Assembly (NCBI GenBank): GCA_013265495.1
Contig: MU057377.1
Span: forward strand, 588,939 to 612,366
Direction of reading: 5' to 3'
Length of the DNA: 23,428 bases
DNA from: Vicugna vicugna
Taxonomy: Eukaryota
Shown: piece after piece, positions 20,461 through 23,428 of the stretch
How the letters are laid out: each line of letters starts with the position of its first letter
Position numbering within the stretch: position 1 is the stretch's first letter
Program-made: the position numbers and the translations under genes
The notes under the pieces: model-generated
The model's input: the letters and a program-made list of their open reading frames with translations, nothing else
Database searches by the model: none
What the model was told of the DNA's origin: nothing

Positions 20461-22191
20461 GTATATATGTAATCTCTTTAGCAGATTTGAATATTATAAA
20501 TAACATTATTTAGCTGTACATTTTGTGGCTGCAGAGGTTTCATTTTCTTTTGTTTGTTTGTTTGCCTATTTTATTTAAGGCATACCAAAATGTAGTTCTA
20601 GTCTTTTTATTTCTAATTGAAAGCTTAAATCGCTAACCCAGGAGGTGAGCACATTTGGAAAAAGATGCTCAGTGTTCACTCCCTTTTCCTTTCCCTGCCT
20701 CCTCCTTCTTTATCCATCTCCCCATGAGGAAGTCCTTATTTAATCTGTAACAATCTATAGACTGAGGCAGTGAGACAAAGTTAGTTTTGAGAGAATTTTA
20801 AAGAGACTTATATAACTGATACCTGCTTTCTGAACTGCAGTGAGAGTCTGTCAACAAAACTTCATCTTTTATGGAGACAAATACTCTCAGAGGTGCAAAA
20901 ACTGAGATAAAACATAAAGATAAAGCATTTTGCTTTTTCCCTCCTTGTAAATCCTCATTTGTTTCCCCTATTCATTCCCCCTTGCTTTTAAACTCTTAGT
21001 AACTCAAATAAAACAAATGAAGGAACAGATCTGTTACTTATTTTCCTTTAAATATGCCACTGTTAACTTCAGTAATGACATTCTTGGATATGCATCACTA
21101 TTAATTTTTTGAACAGAGGCATTGCCATGAGTCTGCTACAAGTGTTACTCTTTTACGTACATTCTGAAAGACACCGGAGAGTCAGAATTACAATGAGAAA
21201 TGTGGGCTGCATCTTCCTCCTTTGGGAGAAGATGAAAACAAAGGCTGACAATCAATAAACAAAATGCTCTCTTGCATTTCCATTTAGTCCTAAGATTCTG
21301 TGGTTTTGGTTTACAGAAAGGTGACACACTTTTACTAGTGACAGATAGAAAAGTGACAGGGGTAGCCAGTTAGCTGAAGCTGCTTGTTGTCAGATGAAGC
21401 TGGCCCGCCACCTTGTGGCCATACGTGCAATGAGCACAACTGTTTCAGAAACCTGGCTGTGAAGGAGCCTGGGAAGAGCCAGGGCAACTTCAGCCACGTC
21501 TTTCAGTCACATCAAAACAGCATCAAACTCATTGCAGACAGAAGAAAGGAGACTTATTTTCTTACAGAAGCGCAAGAAGCTCACGTTACAGCCCGTACTC
21601 GTGTGTAGCAGGAGCTTCTATTTCCACAACTGGCACCAAGGAGCCTGTGAAACAAAGAGCATCTACCTGAGTTGTTCCCAGCACGGGCTGCAGAGCTCAC
21701 TCGAGGGGTTTGTGAGAAGCAAAGACCCCAGACCCTGCCCTGAGCCCTCCCCAGGAGGGATGCTGCAGCGGGGCCCTCGAATGGCTGGTTTCAGCTGGAG
21801 TCAGGGAGCAAACGCCACGGAGCTTAACCCCATTCAGTAGGGCGAGTGGCGATTTTAATTGAATGTCCTCAAAAAGACCCAAGTTATTCTGTTCAAAAAC
21901 CAACCAACCAACCCCATACATTGTAGCCGTCATATGGAGATTTTAACACACCAATACTGTCCAATTAAAAAAATGTTTAGAAGATTAAAAGAAACCCCAA
22001 ATTTCATTTAAAAATTTTCCTTGGATAGTTGTTCACCCAATAACCCTGCTCCACAAAACATATCCCAACTGACAGTCTCCTGACCTTCATTCCTTTTTAG
22101 GCCTAGATTCATGAATCCTGTAGATTCATTTTTATACTAATAGTGAATTTCTCTCTCTCTTTGGCAAATTTAACACTTTGCCTAGTAAAGC

Positions 22192-22374
22192 TCTGTGGTT
22201 CTTGAGCTGTTATCTTTGTACATAAAACCTGTGTGACATACAGTTTTCTGTACTTAGCCCCAGAAGTTCACATTAGTAATTCTGCAGTGGTGAGTAGAAA
22301 TCTCCCTGATTTAACTAACAAGCAGTCCAGACAAGTCTGATGCAAGTGGTTGCCCTCATCTCAGACAAATGCTG
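22192..22374. mobile_element. Decayed MER5-like hAT-Charlie element
   Basis: ctgtggttctt...gccccagaagttc...taacaagc...tctgatgcaagtggt, ~180 nt. Confidence 0.4.
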
Positions 22375-22455
22375 TTTGTCACTGTGACACGCTCATTCAC
22401 CAAGGGTGGGGGAGGTGTTTCACTCAAGGGATGTTCTAATATTTCTTTTCCACTA

Positions 22456-22639
22456 CAGTGGTTTTCCAAAGGTGGTCCCTGGACCCAGTAGCTCACGCAT
22501 CACCTGGGACTTCTTAGAAATGCAAACTGTAGCCCTAGTCTATGCCTAAGGCCTGAGAAAGTCTGGGGGTGGAGCCCCAAAAGCAGGTTAGCCAGCCCTC
22601 CAGGTGGTTCTGATGCACTCTTAAGTTTGACAAGCATTG
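22456..22639. mobile_element. MER5A hAT-Charlie MITE
   Basis: cagtggttttccaaaggtggtccctggacc...gcatcacctgggacttcttagaaatgcaaa...gccctccaggtggttctgatgcac...aagtttgacaagcattg. Confidence 0.88.
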
Positions 22640-22759
22640 TCTCCTCAGAGCACCCCAGACCCTTAGGGGCTGTTCGATGAAGCATCTTCTTGTTCTTCGA
22701 ATTTTCCCCTCATCCTCCTGACAGACGTGTTCAGGGAAGAATCATGCCCCATGCCTATA

Positions 22760-23200
22760 ACAGTATAAGGGAAAGTGCATGGCATTTCAAACCACAAGAC
22801 CTGGATGGGATCTCAGTTGTCAACTGCCAGGACTAAAACCATGCATGAATGTTTTTATCCCCTAAGCATATTTCCTCATTAAAAATTGGGAGGAGAACAT
22901 TTATCCGGAACACAGAGTCAAGACCTCTACCTGAAGCTGTCTCATTTGAGCACCCTGCACAGCTGCCGTTGGCACGACTTCCAGGTTACAGATGAGAAAA
23001 GAGACACAAAGAAGACTCAGGATGTGAACCTGCCTGCTGCCTTGCCTAGCCCTGACCCATCGGACACAGACCCTTTGACAGTGTTGCCTTCTCTGCAAAT
23101 GTGGTCAACGCTTCCATGAGTTTGTTGTGAGGATTAAATAAGGCAACAGAGTTTAAAAGAACTTGTAAAAAATAAACATCATGTTTGTATCTATTATCTT
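22760..23200 (+). mobile_element. MIR remnant split by an opposite-orientation MIR fragment (~22930-23010)
   Basis: tttcctcattaaaaattggg (to ~22890) continues as gtttgttgtgaggattaaataag (~23120). Between them, ttacagatgagaaaagagacacaaaga is a reverse MIR core. Confidence 0.5.
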
Positions 23201-23428
23201 AATGGTTTGGTGTGTTGAGTGGAATCAGCACTCAAACCTGAATCTGAGGGAAAGCAACACCTAATAAAAGTTTTGTTTTAAAGCAGAAACCATAAACCAT
23301 CAGACACAGATGGTTTTAAAAAATAAGACTGTGAAATTTTACACTATAAAAGTGTAAATTATAAAAAAAAACTTTAGTTCCACAAAACTAAAAAAGAACA
23401 AGTAGAAGTATTATGTAGATAGAAAAAA

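Noticed and set aside
21145..21327. 60-aa ORF from the track (…EEDAAHISHCNSDSPVSFRMYVKE)
   Set aside because: No ATG start and no recognisable homology. The more plausible reading is a different frame from the ATG at 21212, reported as a finding.

Overview
Mammalian genomic DNA. Fifteen consecutive internal coding exons of ASPM (abnormal spindle-like microcephaly-associated, MCPH5) lie on the minus strand between 18026 and 2757. They match human exons 2-16. I placed every splice junction by hand: the exons join in frame to 3585 nt (1195 codons) with no stop. They encode the C-terminal half of the ASH domain, the large N-proximal exon with LSPDxF repeats, the two calponin-homology (CH) regions and the first IQ motif. 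Introns 4 and 8 use GC donors. Exon 17 onward should lie left of the window. Exon 1 and its CpG-island promoter are not visible in the 5.4 kb upstream of exon 2. That stretch instead holds a Tigger1 lacking its left end, old repeats, and two phase-compatible exon-like segments that could encode a signal-peptide-like start of unknown identity. The introns carry ancient repeats (L1, L2, L3/CR1, MIR, MLT1, MER58B, MER5, Tigger1). I saw no Alu, B1, Bov or carnivore SINEs, and one young L1 3' end looks cetartiodactyl (camelid-like); the species call is tentative. Most short ORFs in the track are chance or repeat-derived. No new biological system is demonstrated. The best leads are the missing exon 1 with its candidate junction, the orphan exon pair, a duplicated L1 tail that looks like an assembly join, and local GC-biased divergence tracts. 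Comparisons to human ASPM and to repeat consensi are from memory, not from a search.
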